Assembly: GCA_964529325.1 (NCBI GenBank)
Contig: CAZGWH010000005.1
Coordinates: 1,126 to 65,125, forward strand
From: an uncultured bacterium
Lineage (GTDB): Bacteria; Fidelibacterota; Marinisomatia; SCGC-AAA003-L08; GCA-2689995
Length of the DNA stretch: 64,000 nt
Direction of reading: 5' to 3'
Shown here: positions 12,527-24,251 of the stretch, piece by piece
Position numbering within the stretch: the first letter of the stretch is position 1
Layout: the number at the start of each line of letters is the position of its first letter
The notes under the pieces: generated by a model
The model's input: the letters and a program-made list of their open reading frames with translations, nothing else
Told to the model about the DNA's origin: nothing
The model's database searches: none
Made by a program: the position numbers and the translations under genes

Positions 12527-14608
12527 ATGCAAAATATTCCATTAAAACATGTTCGAAATATCGGTATTATGGCTCATATTGATGCTGGTAAAACAACTGT
12601 TACTGAACGAATTTTATATTACACAGGGCGAACTCATCGTTTAGGCGAGGTGCATGATGGCGCTGCGACTATGGATTGGATGGTTCAGGAGAAGGAGCGA
12701 GGTATTACAATTACTTCAGCTGCCACTACTGCTTTTTGGGCGGGTAATAGAATAAATATTATCGATACGCCTGGTCATGTTGATTTTACGGTTGAGGTAG
12801 AGCGTTCTTTGCGAGTATTAGATGGGTGTATTGCTTTGTTTTGTGCTGTTGGGGGTGTAGAGCCACAATCTGAGACGGTATGGCGTCAGGCGAATAAATA
12901 TAGCGTTCCTCGTATTGCTTTTGTAAATAAAATGGATAGAATGGGTGCGGATTTTTACAAAGTGATTGATATGGTAAAGGATCGTCTTGGTGCAAATCCT
13001 GTTCCTATTGTTTTGCCGATTGGTGCTGGTGATTTATTTACAGGTCTAATTGATCTTGTAAAGATGGAAGCTATAATCTATACTGCTGAAGATGGGTCTA
13101 GTTTTGAATATGGTGAAATTCCTGAAGGGTTAAAAGATGATGCTGAGAAGTGGCGACTAAATTTATTAGAAGAAGTTGCGAGTTATGATGATCATCTGAT
13201 GGAAAAATATCTATCAGACGAAGAAATTTTAGGTGATGAAATGAAGTCCGCAATAAGAAAAGCTACTCTTGATGGAACGATGATCCCTGCGATGTGTGGA
13301 TCTGCTTTTAAAAATAAAGGTGTTCAACGATTGCTTGATGCTGTTATTGATTTTTTACCTTCTCCATTAGATAAAGAAGAAATTGAAGGCTTTAATGTAG
13401 ATGATACTAGTGTTCCTATGTCAAGAAAACCGTCAGATGATGAGCCTTTTTCTGCATTAGCTTTTAAAATTATGACTGATCCATTTGTAGGAAGACTTAC
13501 TTTTTTCAGAGTTTATTCAGGGCAAGTTTCTACTGGTGATACAATTTATAATCCAAACTCTGGAAAAAAGGAGCGAGTTGGTCGTTTAATGTTGATGCAT
13601 GCTGCTAAAAGAGAAGAGCGTAGTAAGGTGACTACTGGTGAGATTGCAGCCGTTGTTGGATTGAAAACAACTCATACTGGGCATACGCTTTGTGATATTA
13701 AGAAACCCATTCTTTTAGAGTCAATGGAATTCCCTGATCCTGTTATTTCAATTGCAGTTGAGCCAAATACTAAATCAGATCAAGAGAATTTATCAATTGG
13801 CTTAGGTAAGTTGTCTGAAGAAGATCCGACTTTTGAAATTAAAACGGATGAAGAAACTGGGCAGACTATTATTTCGGGTATGGGTGAATTGCATTTAGAA
13901 GTAATTGTTGATCGTCTAAAGAGAGAATTTAATGTAGAAGTGCATGTTGGTGCGCCACAAGTAGCATATAAAGAATGTATTACAAAAACAGTCGAGCAGA
14001 ATACGAAATTTGTAAGGCAATCTGGTGGTAGAGGTCAATATGGGCATGTAGTTATAACAGTTGAGCCTAACGAGTCTGGCAAGGGGTACGAGTTTGTAAA
14101 TAAAATTGTTGGTGGTGCAATTCCTAAGGAGTATATTGCTCCAGTAAGTGCAGGGATACAGCAGGCGATGAAAACAGGTATTGTTGCAGGTTATCCTGTT
14201 GAAGATGTAAAAGTTACATTAACTTTCGGATCATATCACGATGTTGACTCTAATGAAATGGCGTTTAAAATAGCTGGTTCTATGGCATTTAGAGAGGCTG
14301 CAAAAAAAGCTGGTGCAACAATAATGGAGCCTATAATGGCTATTGAAGTTGTTATGCCAGATGATTATTTGGGTACTGTAATGGGAGATATGACTTCTAG
14401 AAGAGGTCAAATAGAAAGTATGGAACAGCGAAATGAAGCGCAGGTATTAAATGCAAAAGTGCCTCTTTCAAGTATGTTTGGTTATGCAACTGAGCTTCGT
14501 TCAATGACTCAAGGTAGAGCTGTTTTTAGTATGCAATTTTCGAATTATGCTGAGGCTCCGAATCATGTTCAAGAACAGATTATTGAAAAATATTTAGGAA
14601 AAAAATAA
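12527..14608 (+). CDS. fusA: Elongation factor G
   Basis: [29 protein letters not shown]. 693 aa. str operon position. Confidence 0.98.
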   Translation: MQNIPLKHVRNIGIMAHIDAGKTTVTERILYYTGRTHRLGEVHDGAATMDWMVQEKERGITITSAATTAFWAGNRINIIDTPGHVDFTVEVERSLRVLDGCIALFCAVGGVEPQSETVWRQANKYSVPRIAFVNKMDRMGADFYKVIDMVKDRLGANPVPIVLPIGAGDLFTGLIDLVKMEAIIYTAEDGSSFEYGEIPEGLKDDAEKWRLNLLEEVASYDDHLMEKYLSDEEILGDEMKSAIRKATLDGTMIPAMCGSAFKNKGVQRLLDAVIDFLPSPLDKEEIEGFNVDDTSVPMSRKPSDDEPFSALAFKIMTDPFVGRLTFFRVYSGQVSTGDTIYNPNSGKKERVGRLMLMHAAKREERSKVTTGEIAAVVGLKTTHTGHTLCDIKKPILLESMEFPDPVISIAVEPNTKSDQENLSIGLGKLSEEDPTFEIKTDEETGQTIISGMGELHLEVIVDRLKREFNVEVHVGAPQVAYKECITKTVEQNTKFVRQSGGRGQYGHVVITVEPNESGKGYEFVNKIVGGAIPKEYIAPVSAGIQQAMKTGIVAGYPVEDVKVTLTFGSYHDVDSNEMAFKIAGSMAFREAAKKAGATIMEPIMAIEVVMPDDYLGTVMGDMTSRRGQIESMEQRNEAQVLNAKVPLSSMFGYATELRSMTQGRAVFSMQFSNYAEAPNHVQEQIIEKYLGKK

Positions 14609-14649
14609 CAAGTATATTCGTTGTTAAGATAAGTTAAAGGATTTAAGAA

Positions 14650-15837
14650 ATGGCAAAAGAGAAATTTGAGCGTAATAAACCCCATGTGAATATCGGAACG
14701 ATAGGTCATGTGGACCATGGTAAGACAACATTAACTGCAGCGATTACAAGATGTCTTGCAGGTAAGGGTTTAGCTGAACATAGAGAATTTGATACAATAG
14801 ATAATGCACCTGAGGAGCGAGAACGAGGAATTACAATTAATACCTCTCATGTAGAGTATGAAACAGGTAATCGTCACTATGCGCATGTAGATTGTCCAGG
14901 TCACGCAGATTATATTAAAAATATGATTACGGGTGCGGCTCAAATGGATGGTGCTATTTTAGTAGTTGCTGCAACAGATGGCCCAATGCAGCAAACACGA
15001 GAGCATTTGTTATTAGCAAAGCAGGTAAATGTACCTTCTATTGTTGTGTTTATGAATAAGTGTGATCAGGTAGATGATCCTGAGTTATTAGAACTCGTAG
15101 AGATGGAATTAAGAGAATTGTTAGATAGTTATGGATTCCCTGGTGATGATACACCTATTATACAAGGATCAGCATTGAATGCATTAAATGCAGGAGAGGG
15201 TGATGATGCACAATGTATTTTTGATTTAATGGAATCAGTTGATAGTTTTATTCCAGAACCAAAGCGAGATGTGGATAAGCCATTTTTGATGCCTGTTGAG
15301 GATGTGTTTTCAATTACAGGTCGTGGTACAGTAGCTACAGGAAGAATTGAAGGTGGTATTATTAAAGTTGGTGAAACAATGGATATAGTTGGTTTTGAGT
15401 CTGAGCTTAAGAGTGTGTGTACGGGTGTTGAGATGTTCCGTAAGATTTTAGATGAAGGTCAGGCTGGTGATAATGCAGGTCTTTTATTAAGAGGTGTGGA
15501 TAAAGAACAGGTTAGAAGAGGGATGGTATTGGCTGCTCCTGGTTCAATTACTCCGCATACAAAGTTTAAAGCAGAAGTGTATGTTCTTAAGAAAGAAGAA
15601 GGTGGAAGACATACTCCATTTTTCAAAGGATATAGACCTCAGTTTTATTTTAGAACAACAGATGTTACGGGTGAAGTGATTTTACCTGAAGGTACAGAGA
15701 TGGTTATGCCTGGAGATAATATAAGTTTAGAGATAAACTTAATAACTCCAATTGCGATGGATCCTGAATTGAGATTCGCTATTCGTGAAGGTGGTCATAC
15801 TGTTGGTGCTGGTGTTGTAACAGAAATTATAGAGTAG
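14650..15837 (+). CDS. tuf: Elongation factor Tu (full copy)
   Basis: [45 protein letters not shown]. 395 aa. Confidence 0.99.
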   Translation: MAKEKFERNKPHVNIGTIGHVDHGKTTLTAAITRCLAGKGLAEHREFDTIDNAPEERERGITINTSHVEYETGNRHYAHVDCPGHADYIKNMITGAAQMDGAILVVAATDGPMQQTREHLLLAKQVNVPSIVVFMNKCDQVDDPELLELVEMELRELLDSYGFPGDDTPIIQGSALNALNAGEGDDAQCIFDLMESVDSFIPEPKRDVDKPFLMPVEDVFSITGRGTVATGRIEGGIIKVGETMDIVGFESELKSVCTGVEMFRKILDEGQAGDNAGLLLRGVDKEQVRRGMVLAAPGSITPHTKFKAEVYVLKKEEGGRHTPFFKGYRPQFYFRTTDVTGEVILPEGTEMVMPGDNISLEINLITPIAMDPELRFAIREGGHTVGAGVVTEIIE

Positions 15838-15841
15838 GAAA
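15483..15841 (+). repeat. Copy 2 of the perfect 359-bp tuf 3' repeat
   Basis: Identical to 1-359. Confidence 0.95.
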
Positions 15842-15846
15842 CATAG

Positions 15847-16155
15847 GTGGCATTAAATAGAATTAGAATTCGTCTTAAAGCATATGACCATGTGCTATTA
15901 GACAAGTCAACTGAAAAAATTGTTAGGACAGCGAAAAATACGGGTGCTGTTATTTTGGGGCCAATACCGCTTCCTACAAAAAGAAGTATATATACTGTTC
16001 TTCGTTCTCCTCATGTTAATAAAAAATCAAGAGAACAATTTCAGATTAAAGTTCATAAAAGAATAGTAGATTTAATGAATTCTACTTCTAAAACTGTTGA
16101 TGCATTAATGAAATTAGATATGCCTGCAGGTGTTGATATTGAAATCAGGACATAA
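15847..16155 (+). CDS. rpsJ: 30S ribosomal protein S10
   Basis: GTG start. [16 protein letters not shown]...GPIPLPTK. Confidence 0.98.
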   Translation: MALNRIRIRLKAYDHVLLDKSTEKIVRTAKNTGAVILGPIPLPTKRSIYTVLRSPHVNKKSREQFQIKVHKRIVDLMNSTSKTVDALMKLDMPAGVDIEIRT

Positions 16156-16164
16156 GAGGTAAAT

Positions 16165-16773
16165 ATGTTAATTGGTAAAAAAATTGGAATGACTCGTTTG
16201 TTTGATGAGACTGGAATTGACTATCCTGTTACAATGGTTGAAGCAGGGCCATGTCTGGTAACTCAGCTTAAAACTATCAAAAATGATGGGTATAGTGCAA
16301 TGCAAGTTGGTTTTATTGATCTTGCAAATAAAAAAATAACAAAACCTATTAAAGGTCATTCAGCAAAAACAAAAACAGTTGCTAAAAAACACATTAAAGA
16401 ATTTCCATTATTAAATGATTCAATTACTGCTGGTGCTGAGATAAAAGTAGATGCTGTAGAAGTTGGGCAATTAGTAGATGTCATTGGAGTATCGAAAGGT
16501 CATGGTTTTTCAGGTGTTATGAAGAGGCATGGATTTCACGGTGGGCGTAGATCTCATGGAAAAAATAGCGTAATGCGTGCAGCTGGTTCTGTGGGTGCCG
16601 GTTCGGATCCATCTAGGATTTGGAAAGGTAAGCGAATGCCTGGGCGATTTGGAACTGATACTGTAACGGTTCGAAATCTTGAGATAATTAAAATTGATAC
16701 AGAAAATAATTATTTATATTTGAAGGGTGCTGTACCGGGTCCTAAAAATGGAATTGTATATATAAGTAAATAA
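16165..16773 (+). CDS. rplC: 50S ribosomal protein L3
   Basis: MLIGKKIGMTRLFDE...GHGFSGVMKRHGF. Confidence 0.98.
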   Translation: MLIGKKIGMTRLFDETGIDYPVTMVEAGPCLVTQLKTIKNDGYSAMQVGFIDLANKKITKPIKGHSAKTKTVAKKHIKEFPLLNDSITAGAEIKVDAVEVGQLVDVIGVSKGHGFSGVMKRHGFHGGRRSHGKNSVMRAAGSVGAGSDPSRIWKGKRMPGRFGTDTVTVRNLEIIKIDTENNYLYLKGAVPGPKNGIVYISK

Positions 16774-16774
16774 T

Positions 16775-17401
16775 ATGAAATTAGAATTATATAAATCAAC
16801 AGGTGAGAAAACTAGTACTTCAATCACTTTATCTGAGGAAGTATTTGGTGTAGAACCAAATAAACATTGTGTATATCTCGCTGTAAAATCAGAGATGGCA
16901 TCACTACATCAAGGAACACACCAAAGTAAGAATAGAAGTGCGGTAAGTGGTTCTGGTAAAAAACCTCATAAGCAAAAAGGTACTGGGCGTGCACGTGTTG
17001 GATCGACAAGAAATCCATCTAGAGTTCACGGTGGTACTGCTTTTGGCCCTAATTCACATAGTTACAATGTTCGTGTGAATAAAAAAGTTAAAAAATTAGC
17101 TCGTAAGTCAGTTTTATCTGACAAAATGAGTAATGGGCAATTATTAGTGGTTGAAGATTTTAAAATTAATAGTCCAAAGACAAAAGAATTATTAAGTATT
17201 CTTGCTGGATTACACCTTTTAAATAAAAAAATTACAATACTTGTAGGTAAGTTAGAAGAGGCATTGTGGTTGAGTGTAAGAAATATAAAACATATTACAA
17301 TACTTCAAGCAGAGGATGCTTCAACTTATGATTTGATTGATTGTGAAATGCTACTGCTTGATAAAGCAGGAATTGAACTTTTAGATAAACAGCTTTCATA
17401 G
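16775..17401 (+). CDS. rplD: 50S ribosomal protein L4
   Basis: GSGKKPHKQKGTGRARVGS motif. S10 operon order. Confidence 0.97.
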   Translation: MKLELYKSTGEKTSTSITLSEEVFGVEPNKHCVYLAVKSEMASLHQGTHQSKNRSAVSGSGKKPHKQKGTGRARVGSTRNPSRVHGGTAFGPNSHSYNVRVNKKVKKLARKSVLSDKMSNGQLLVVEDFKINSPKTKELLSILAGLHLLNKKITILVGKLEEALWLSVRNIKHITILQAEDASTYDLIDCEMLLLDKAGIELLDKQLS

Positions 17402-17409
17402 GATTATAA

Positions 17410-17718
17410 ATGGACCATATACTAATTAAACCAATTTTAAGTGAAAAAAGCAGTATGTTAGCTGAAAACTCCCAACATGTTTTTCAGGTTGCTAAAGCTG
17501 CAAATAAGTTAACAATTAAAAAAGCTGTTGAAGAACGTTTTGATGTTCAAGTAAAAAAAGTAGCTATTATTAATGTTAAAGGGAAGCGAAAAAATATGTC
17601 TATTAAAAGTTCAGGACATGTTTTGCGTACTTCAGGGAAAAGAGCAAATTGGAAAAAAGCAATTGTTACACTTTCTGAAGGTAAAATAGATATACTTCAT
17701 GGAGATTTTCAAAACTAA
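17410..17718 (+). CDS. rplW: 50S ribosomal protein L23
   Basis: [12 protein letters not shown]-terminus. Position between L4 and L2. Confidence 0.95.
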   Translation: MDHILIKPILSEKSSMLAENSQHVFQVAKAANKLTIKKAVEERFDVQVKKVAIINVKGKRKNMSIKSSGHVLRTSGKRANWKKAIVTLSEGKIDILHGDFQN

Positions 17719-17720
17719 TT

Positions 17721-18548
17721 ATGCCACTTAGAAAATTAAAACCAAATACACCAGGGCAAAGATTTATGTCTGTGCCTACTTTTGAAGAAATCACGACTTC
17801 CCGACCAGAAAGAGCTCTTACTGAAGCTCTTCGGAAAACAGGTGGTCGTAATAATTTAGGAAGAATTACAAGTCGACATCGTGGTGGTGGTCATAAAAGA
17901 AGATATAGAATTATTGATTTTAAAAGAAATAAATTTGATATTGTTGGTGAAGTTATAACAATAGAATATGATCCAAATAGATCTCCTCGTATTTCTTTAG
18001 TTAAATATGCTGACGGTGAGAAACGATATGTTTTAGCTCCAGTTGGGTTAAAAGTTGGTGATAAAATATTATCTTCTAAATCACAAATCCCTTTTACCAC
18101 TGGTAATTCAATGCCACTTGGGATTATACCTGAGGGTATGTTAGTACATAATATTGAATTGAAAGAAGGTAAGGGCGGTCAAATGGCAAGAAGTGCGGGT
18201 ACATATGCTCGACTTATGGCTAAAGAAAATGGAATGATTACCTTGAAATTGCCTTCTGGTGAAATGAGAATGGTTACTGAACATTGTTTAGCTACTATTG
18301 GAATGGTTGGAAATAGAGATCATGCAAATATTGTTTATGGTAAAGCTGGTCGTATGAGATGGCTAGGAAGAAGACCTAAAGTTAGAGGTGTTGTTATGAA
18401 TCCTGTTGATCACCCTCATGGTGGTGGAGAAGGTAAGACAAGTGGTGGTCGTCATCCCGTTTCACCTTGGGGAACACCGGCAAAAGGTTATAAAACTCGA
18501 AAGAAAAATAAATTATCAAATAGATTGATAGTTAAGAGAAGGAAATAG
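17721..18548 (+). CDS. rplB: 50S ribosomal protein L2
   Basis: [15 protein letters not shown]...[14 protein letters not shown]. Confidence 0.99.
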   Translation: MPLRKLKPNTPGQRFMSVPTFEEITTSRPERALTEALRKTGGRNNLGRITSRHRGGGHKRRYRIIDFKRNKFDIVGEVITIEYDPNRSPRISLVKYADGEKRYVLAPVGLKVGDKILSSKSQIPFTTGNSMPLGIIPEGMLVHNIELKEGKGGQMARSAGTYARLMAKENGMITLKLPSGEMRMVTEHCLATIGMVGNRDHANIVYGKAGRMRWLGRRPKVRGVVMNPVDHPHGGGEGKTSGGRHPVSPWGTPAKGYKTRKKNKLSNRLIVKRRK

Positions 18549-18550
18549 AA

Positions 18551-18814
18551 TTGGCAAGATCTCTTAAAAAAGGACCATATATTGATCCTAAATTAGAAAA
18601 AAAAATATCTAATATGCGAAGTATGGGTAAGAAGCAGGTGATAAAGACTTGGTCAAGAAGATCGACAATATCTCCATTGTTTGTAGGTTTAACCTTTGCA
18701 GTACATAATGGAAATAAATTTGTTCCTGTTTATGTATCAGAAAATATGGTTGGTCATAAATTAGGTGAATTTTCGCCTACTCGTTTGTTTAGAAGCCACG
18801 CTGGAGGTAATTAG
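18551..18814 (+). CDS. rpsS: 30S ribosomal protein S19
   Basis: TTG start. [12 protein letters not shown]...[11 protein letters not shown]...GHKLGEF. Confidence 0.98.
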   Translation: MARSLKKGPYIDPKLEKKISNMRSMGKKQVIKTWSRRSTISPLFVGLTFAVHNGNKFVPVYVSENMVGHKLGEFSPTRLFRSHAGGN

Positions 18815-18822
18815 AAAGTATT

Positions 18823-19167
18823 ATGGAAGCAATTGCAAAAGCAAAAAATTTAAAACAATCACCGTATAAAGTTAGGCAAATTTTAGATATTGTTCGTGGT
18901 AAAAATGTAAACGAAGCAATTAATACACTTAAGTTTACAAATAAAAAAGCCGCAAAAATAATTTTAAAAACATTAAATTCTGCAATCGCAAATTTATCTT
19001 CAAATGATGAAGCTTACGATGTGGATAAATTTTATGTAAAAACTGCATTTGTTGATGGTGGTCCAATGATGAAAAGGTGGCGAGCGGCAGCAATGGGGAG
19101 AGCAGTGAGGATTTTGAAAAGATCATCACATTTAACTATTATCATTTCTCAAAAAGGTTCTAACTAA
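18823..19167 (+). CDS. rplV: 50S ribosomal protein L22
   Basis: Position S19-L22-S3. SPYKVRQILDIVRGKNV motif. Confidence 0.96.
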   Translation: MEAIAKAKNLKQSPYKVRQILDIVRGKNVNEAINTLKFTNKKAAKIILKTLNSAIANLSSNDEAYDVDKFYVKTAFVDGGPMMKRWRAAAMGRAVRILKRSSHLTIIISQKGSN

Positions 19168-19170
19168 TAT

Positions 19171-19812
19171 ATGGGACAGAAGACAAATCCAATAGGGTTA
19201 AGGCTAGGTATAAATCGAACATGGGATTCTATTTGGTTCGATGAAAAAAATTATGCAGAAAAGCTACACGAAGATATAGTAATTAGAAATTATATTAAAA
19301 GTAGGCTAAGAACTGCAAGTGTATCAAAAGTTGAAATATCAAGAACACCAAAGCGAATCATTGCAACTGTTCATACTGCAAGACCAGGTATTGTAATCGG
19401 TAAAGGTGGTGAAGAAGTTGAACGATTAAAGAAAGAACTTCGTAATTTAATTCATACTAAAATTCAAGTTAATGTGAGTGAAGTTAAAAGACCTGGTTTG
19501 GTGGCAGAATTAGTTGGACAAAATATTGCACAACAAATTGAAAAAAAGATTTCATATAAAAGAGCAATAAAAAAAGCAATACAATCTACGATGAGTATGG
19601 GAGCTGAAGGAATTCGTATTTGTGCTTCTGGAAGATTAAATGGTGCTGAAATTGCAAGAAGTGAAACATATAGAGATGGTCGAGTTCCGCTTCATACGCT
19701 AAGAGCAAATATTGATTATTCACATGTTGAGTCAAATACCACATTTGGTATTATTGGATTGAAAGTTTGGATTTATCATGGTGAGATTTTGCCAAAAAGA
19801 AATAGGAGTTAA
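19171..19812 (+). CDS. rpsC: 30S ribosomal protein S3
   Basis: [22 protein letters not shown] domain [10 protein letters not shown]. Confidence 0.98.
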   Translation: MGQKTNPIGLRLGINRTWDSIWFDEKNYAEKLHEDIVIRNYIKSRLRTASVSKVEISRTPKRIIATVHTARPGIVIGKGGEEVERLKKELRNLIHTKIQVNVSEVKRPGLVAELVGQNIAQQIEKKISYKRAIKKAIQSTMSMGAEGIRICASGRLNGAEIARSETYRDGRVPLHTLRANIDYSHVESNTTFGIIGLKVWIYHGEILPKRNRS

Positions 19813-19817
19813 TGTAA

Positions 19818-20234
19818 ATGTTAGCACCCAAAAAAATAAAATATAGAAAACCCCAAAAAGGAAAGATGAGGGGTATGTCCATGACTGGAGATTATGTATC
19901 TTTTGGTACTTTTGGATTAAAAGCTCTCGAAGCGGGGTGGATTACTAGTCGGCAGATTGAAGCAGCTCGTGTAACTATTTCTAGACGAGTTAAAAAATTA
20001 GGTAAATTATGGATTAGAATTTTTCCACATAAATCAATAACTAAAAAACCTGCTGAAACAAGAATGGGTAAAGGTAAAGGTGCTCCTGAATATTGGGTAG
20101 CTGTAATCAAACCAGGTAGGATTTTATTTGAAATAGATGGAGTTGATGAAGAATTAGCAAATGAAGCATTTATTCAATGTTCACATAAATTACCATTAAA
20201 AACTAAAATAGTTACTCGTAGGGAATCTATTTAA
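19818..20234 (+). CDS. rplP: 50S ribosomal protein L16
   Basis: [15 protein letters not shown]...[14 protein letters not shown]. Confidence 0.98.
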   Translation: MLAPKKIKYRKPQKGKMRGMSMTGDYVSFGTFGLKALEAGWITSRQIEAARVTISRRVKKLGKLWIRIFPHKSITKKPAETRMGKGKGAPEYWVAVIKPGRILFEIDGVDEELANEAFIQCSHKLPLKTKIVTRRESI

Positions 20235-20443
20235 TGAAAAAACAAGAATTAAATAAATTATCAGTTGAAGAATTAAAAGTGAAACTTAAAGATAATATAG
20301 ATTCAATTATGAATATGAGGTTTCAAAAAGCATTACAACAACTTGAACATCCAAAACAAATAACAAAAATTCGAAGAGAAGTTGCTCAAATTAAAACTGT
20401 ATTGCGAGAATTTGATTTGGGAATTAGAGGAAAGGAATTATAG
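20234..20443 (+). CDS. rpmC: 50S ribosomal protein L29
   Basis: 69 aa with the ELKVKLKD...RFQKALQQLE pattern. Overlapping ATG/stop with rplP. Confidence 0.94.
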   Translation: MKKQELNKLSVEELKVKLKDNIDSIMNMRFQKALQQLEHPKQITKIRREVAQIKTVLREFDLGIRGKEL

Positions 20444-20445
20444 AG

Positions 20446-20709
20446 ATGGCTGATTCTCAAAGAAGACAATTAATAGGTACTGTTTTACCATCTAAAATGG
20501 AAAAGACTGTAGTTGTTCAAGTCACCAGAAGATTTGCACATCCGGTTTATAAGAAATTTGTTTCTAAGAATAAAAAATATTATGCTGATGATCCTGGAAA
20601 TATTGCAAAATCAGGAGATACCGTTAAAATTATAGAAGCTCGTCAGTTAAGTAAGTTGAAAAGATGGCGTCTTGTTGAAGTTACACAAAAAGCTGAAGGT
20701 CTAAAATAG
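20446..20709 (+). CDS. rpsQ: 30S ribosomal protein S17
   Basis: GTVLPSKMEKTVVVQV...HPVYKKFV...YYADD. Confidence 0.96.
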   Translation: MADSQRRQLIGTVLPSKMEKTVVVQVTRRFAHPVYKKFVSKNKKYYADDPGNIAKSGDTVKIIEARQLSKLKRWRLVEVTQKAEGLK

Positions 20710-20717
20710 GATAAGAA

Positions 20718-21086
20718 ATGATTCAACAAGAAAGTAGATTAAAAGTAGCAGATAATACGGGAGCTAAAGAAGTTCTATGTATTCGAGTTTTAGGTGGTAC
20801 GGGCAGACGGTATGCTAGAGTAGGTGATATGATTGTTGTGACAATTAAAAAAGCAATACCTGGCGGAGCGTTAAAAAAAGGTGAAACTTCTAGAGCTGTA
20901 GTAGTTCGTGCAAAAAAAGAAATAAGAAGAAAAGATGGGTCTTATATTCGTTTTGATGAAAATGCCGCAGTTTTAATTGATAAAAATAATGAACCTAAAG
21001 GCACTCGTGTCTTTGGTCCTGTTGCTAGAGAGCTACGAGAAAAACAATATATGAAAATTGTTTCACTTGCACCGGAGGTTATTTAA
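20718..21086 (+). CDS. rplN: 50S ribosomal protein L14
   Basis: [27 protein letters not shown]. Confidence 0.99.
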   Translation: MIQQESRLKVADNTGAKEVLCIRVLGGTGRRYARVGDMIVVTIKKAIPGGALKKGETSRAVVVRAKKEIRRKDGSYIRFDENAAVLIDKNNEPKGTRVFGPVARELREKQYMKIVSLAPEVI

Positions 21087-21391
21087 TGAAAATTATTAAA
21101 GGTGATTCAGTTCGAATAATGACTGGATCAGATAAAGGTAAAGAAGGAAGAGTTTTAAAATCTTATCCTGTTAGAAATAAAATATTGATTGAAGGTATAA
21201 ATATTGTTAAAAAACATGTTAGACCTAGTCAAGATAATCCACAAGGCGGTATAACAGAAAAAGAAATGCCAGTTGATATTTCTAATGTTGCACTTCTTTT
21301 TAATGGAGAACCAACAAAGGTAGGATATAAGACTCTTGATGATAATAAGAAAGTTAGAATTTCAAAGAAAACAGGTGAAGTAATACAGTAA
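21086..21391 (+). CDS. rplX: 50S ribosomal protein L24
   Basis: KOW motif GDSVRIMTGSDKGKEGRVLK. Confidence 0.96.
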   Translation: MKIIKGDSVRIMTGSDKGKEGRVLKSYPVRNKILIEGINIVKKHVRPSQDNPQGGITEKEMPVDISNVALLFNGEPTKVGYKTLDDNKKVRISKKTGEVIQ

Positions 21392-21396
21392 AATTT

Positions 21397-21990
21397 ATGG
21401 CTAAAACCGAAAAAAAATATATACCTAGACTGCAGAAGCAATATAATGAATCTTCTATAAGTTATTTAAAGGATAAACTTGGAATTAAAAATTCTATGAA
21501 AATTCCAAAGTTTGAAAAAATAGTTTTAAATATGGGGATTGGTGAAGCACGCGACAATGCAACTAATCTAAAAAATGCAATTCAGGAAATGACATTAATT
21601 ACAGGGCAAAAAGCTGTAGTTACTTATGCAAAAAAAGCGATTTCAAATTTTAAAGTGAGAGAAAAAGACCCAATGGGTGTAAGAGTTACTTTAAGAGGAA
21701 AGATTATGTTTGAATTTTTAGATCGTTTCATCTCAGTTGCATGTCCTCGAGTTAGAGATTTCTCAGGGTTTAGAGTAAAAGGATTTGATGGAATGGGTAA
21801 CTATAATTTTGGTATAACAGAACAAATTATTTTCCCAGAAATTGATTATGATAAAATAGATAAAATCCGAGGAATGAATATTACTGTAGTTACTTCTGCT
21901 GTAACAGATGAACAATCATTTGAACTATTAAATTCAATTGGTTTTCCTTTCCGTCGGTCTTTACAAGCAAATACTGAGGCTCAAGCATAA
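21397..21990 (+). CDS. rplE: 50S ribosomal protein L5
   Basis: [15 protein letters not shown]...[10 protein letters not shown]. Confidence 0.97.
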   Translation: MAKTEKKYIPRLQKQYNESSISYLKDKLGIKNSMKIPKFEKIVLNMGIGEARDNATNLKNAIQEMTLITGQKAVVTYAKKAISNFKVREKDPMGVRVTLRGKIMFEFLDRFISVACPRVRDFSGFRVKGFDGMGNYNFGITEQIIFPEIDYDKIDKIRGMNITVVTSAVTDEQSFELLNSIGFPFRRSLQANTEAQA

Positions 21991-22175
21991 TGGCAAGAAA
22001 ATCTTTGATAGTTAAGGCAAGTCGTAAACCAAAATTTTCAACAAGAGCTTACTCGCGTTGTAATAATTGTGGACGACCTAAGGCAGTTTATAGAAAATTC
22101 GGTTTATGCAGGATATGTTTTAGAGAAATGGCTCTAAAAGGATATATTCCTGGTGTAACAAAAGCAAGTTGGTAA
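21990..22175 (+). CDS. rpsN: 30S ribosomal protein S14 type Z (zinc-binding)
   Basis: 61 aa. CNNCGRP...CRIC. Ends KASW. Confidence 0.96.
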   Translation: MARKSLIVKASRKPKFSTRAYSRCNNCGRPKAVYRKFGLCRICFREMALKGYIPGVTKASW

Positions 22176-22188
22176 ATTAGGGAATAAT

Positions 22189-22587
22189 ATGTCATTAAAT
22201 GATCCAGTAGCAGATTTATTAACAAGAATTAGAAACGCTCAACAAGCTGAAAAAAAATGGGTTGATGTACCATCATCAAATTTAATTATCCGAATTTCCC
22301 ATGTTTTGAAAGAAGAAGCATTTGTTAGAGATTTCATTCTTATTAAAGATAACAAGCAAGGTGTTTTAAGAATATTCTTAAAATATGATGATAATTTACT
22401 ACCAGTTATCCACCACATTAGTCGTGTGAGCAAACCTGGTTGTAGAGTATATGCAAATTCAACAAAACTCCCCAGAGTCTTAAATGGAATGGGAATTTCT
22501 ATTTTAACGACTTCAAAAGGAGTTATTTCAAATAAAAAGGCTAAAGCATTGAATGTTGGTGGTGAAATTCTTTGTCAAGTTTGGTAG
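22189..22587 (+). CDS. rpsH: 30S ribosomal protein S8
   Basis: MSLNDPVADLLTRIRNA...GGEILCQVW. Confidence 0.98.
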   Translation: MSLNDPVADLLTRIRNAQQAEKKWVDVPSSNLIIRISHVLKEEAFVRDFILIKDNKQGVLRIFLKYDDNLLPVIHHISRVSKPGCRVYANSTKLPRVLNGMGISILTTSKGVISNKKAKALNVGGEILCQVW

Positions 22588-22608
22588 TATAGGCAGGTAA
22601 TAAGAAAT

Positions 22609-23157
22609 ATGTCAAGAATTGGTAGAAAACCGATAACTATTCCTGAAGGTGTTGAAATTTCACAAAAAGGTGATGTTATTAGTGTAAAAGGAACTCGTGG
22701 AATGTTAAGCTTTGAACATCGTGATACTGTAAGTATTAAAGTTGATGATAATTCAATATTAATTAGCAGGGAGAATGATGATAAAAGTAATCGTGAATTA
22801 CATGGTTTAACAAGAGCATTAGTGCAAAACATGGTTAATGGTGTTTCCTTGGGATTTAAAAAAGAACTAGAATTAAATGGTGTTGGCTTTACAGCAGATG
22901 CAAAAAATCCTCCATTTTTAATTTTAAATTTAGGGTTTTCACATCCTATCTACTTTGTAATTCCAGATGAAATTACAATTGTTACTCCTAAACCAACACA
23001 AATTCATATCGAAGGGATAGATAAACAGCTTGTTGGTGAAGTTGCAGCAAAAATTAGATCCTTTAGAAAACCAGAACCTTATAAAGGTAAGGGTGTGAAG
23101 TATGTTGAAGAAACGATTAGAAGAAAAGCAGGTAAATCAGTTGGAGCGGGTGCATAA
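22609..23157 (+). CDS. rplF: 50S ribosomal protein L6
   Basis: MSRIGRKPITIPEGVEI...PEPYKGKGVKY. Confidence 0.98.
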   Translation: MSRIGRKPITIPEGVEISQKGDVISVKGTRGMLSFEHRDTVSIKVDDNSILISRENDDKSNRELHGLTRALVQNMVNGVSLGFKKELELNGVGFTADAKNPPFLILNLGFSHPIYFVIPDEITIVTPKPTQIHIEGIDKQLVGEVAAKIRSFRKPEPYKGKGVKYVEETIRRKAGKSVGAGA

Positions 23158-23159
23158 CT

Positions 23160-23531
23160 ATGTTAAAAGCTAAAAGAGAAAAAAAAGCTCGGTGGGAAAA
23201 TAAAAGAGCTCGAGTTAAATATAAATTATTAAAAGGCACAAAAATGCGTCTTGTAGTTTATAGATCAAATAAAAATATTTTTGCTCAAATTGTTGATGAT
23301 AATAAACATACAACATTAGTTTCAGCATCGAGTTTAGATAAAGAAATAACTGAATCGATTAATAAAGCTGAAAGCAAAATACAGCAAAGTGAAATTGTGG
23401 GACAATCACTTGCAAATAAAGCTAAAGATAATAAGATTTTAGAAGTAATTTTTGATAGAAATGGATATAAATATCATGGACGAGTTAAAGCTTTTGCAGA
23501 TTCTGCAAGAAAAAGCGGACTTGTTTTTTAA
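23160..23531 (+). CDS. rplR: 50S ribosomal protein L18
   Basis: RLVVYRSNKNIFAQIVDD...FDRNGYKYHGRVKAFADSAR. Confidence 0.97.
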   Translation: MLKAKREKKARWENKRARVKYKLLKGTKMRLVVYRSNKNIFAQIVDDNKHTTLVSASSLDKEITESINKAESKIQQSEIVGQSLANKAKDNKILEVIFDRNGYKYHGRVKAFADSARKSGLVF

Positions 23532-23542
23532 CGGAGAATAAT

Positions 23543-24049
23543 TTGGTAAATATAATTAACCCATCAGAATTAGAGTTAAAAGATGAAGCAGTCGTTGTTA
23601 TTAATCGCGTATCAAAAGTGATTACTGGCGGACGAAGGTTTGGATTTAATTCTGTTGTTGCTGTTGGGGATGGTAAAGGTCATTTAGGTATAGGTTTTGG
23701 AAAAGCTAGCGATGTAATGTCAGCTGTAAATAAAGCCAAAGAAAATGCAAAGAAAAATATTTTTAGAATTAATTTAATGAACGGTACAATACCTCATGAA
23801 ATTAATGTAAGATATGCTTCTTCAAAAGTAATGTTAAAGCCAGCTTCGCCTGGTACTGGTATTATTGCAGGTGGACCAGTTAGAATATTATTAGAGCAAG
23901 TTGGTATTACAGATATTCTTTCTAAAATCACTTCTTCAACAAATCCAATCAATGTAGTTCGTGCAGTTGAAAAAGGATTAAAATCATTAAGAGATCCATT
24001 GACTGTTGCTCGTCAAAGGGGAATTACAGTAAAGGAATTATTCAGTTAA
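23543..24049 (+). CDS. rpsE: 30S ribosomal protein S5
   Basis: TTG start. INRVSKVITGGRRFGFNSVVAVGDGKGHLGIGFGKA. Confidence 0.97.
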   Translation: MVNIINPSELELKDEAVVVINRVSKVITGGRRFGFNSVVAVGDGKGHLGIGFGKASDVMSAVNKAKENAKKNIFRINLMNGTIPHEINVRYASSKVMLKPASPGTGIIAGGPVRILLEQVGITDILSKITSSTNPINVVRAVEKGLKSLRDPLTVARQRGITVKELFS

Positions 24050-24064
24050 ACTGATAAAATTATT

Positions 24065-24250
24065 ATGGCTGACAAAAAACTGAAAATAACACAATTAAAA
24101 AGTGCAATTGGTTATCGTAAAAGAACCAAGGCAACAATTATAGCATTAGGACTAAGAAAATTAAATCATTCTGTAATTCATAATGATTCACCTGCTATTA
24201 GGGGAATGATTAATGCAGTTTGTTTTTTAGTTAAAGTAGAGGAAGTGTAA
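24065..24250 (+). CDS. rpmD: 50S ribosomal protein L30
   Basis: 61 aa. [27 protein letters not shown]. Confidence 0.95.
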   Translation: MADKKLKITQLKSAIGYRKRTKATIIALGLRKLNHSVIHNDSPAIRGMINAVCFLVKVEEV

Positions 24251-24251
24251 A

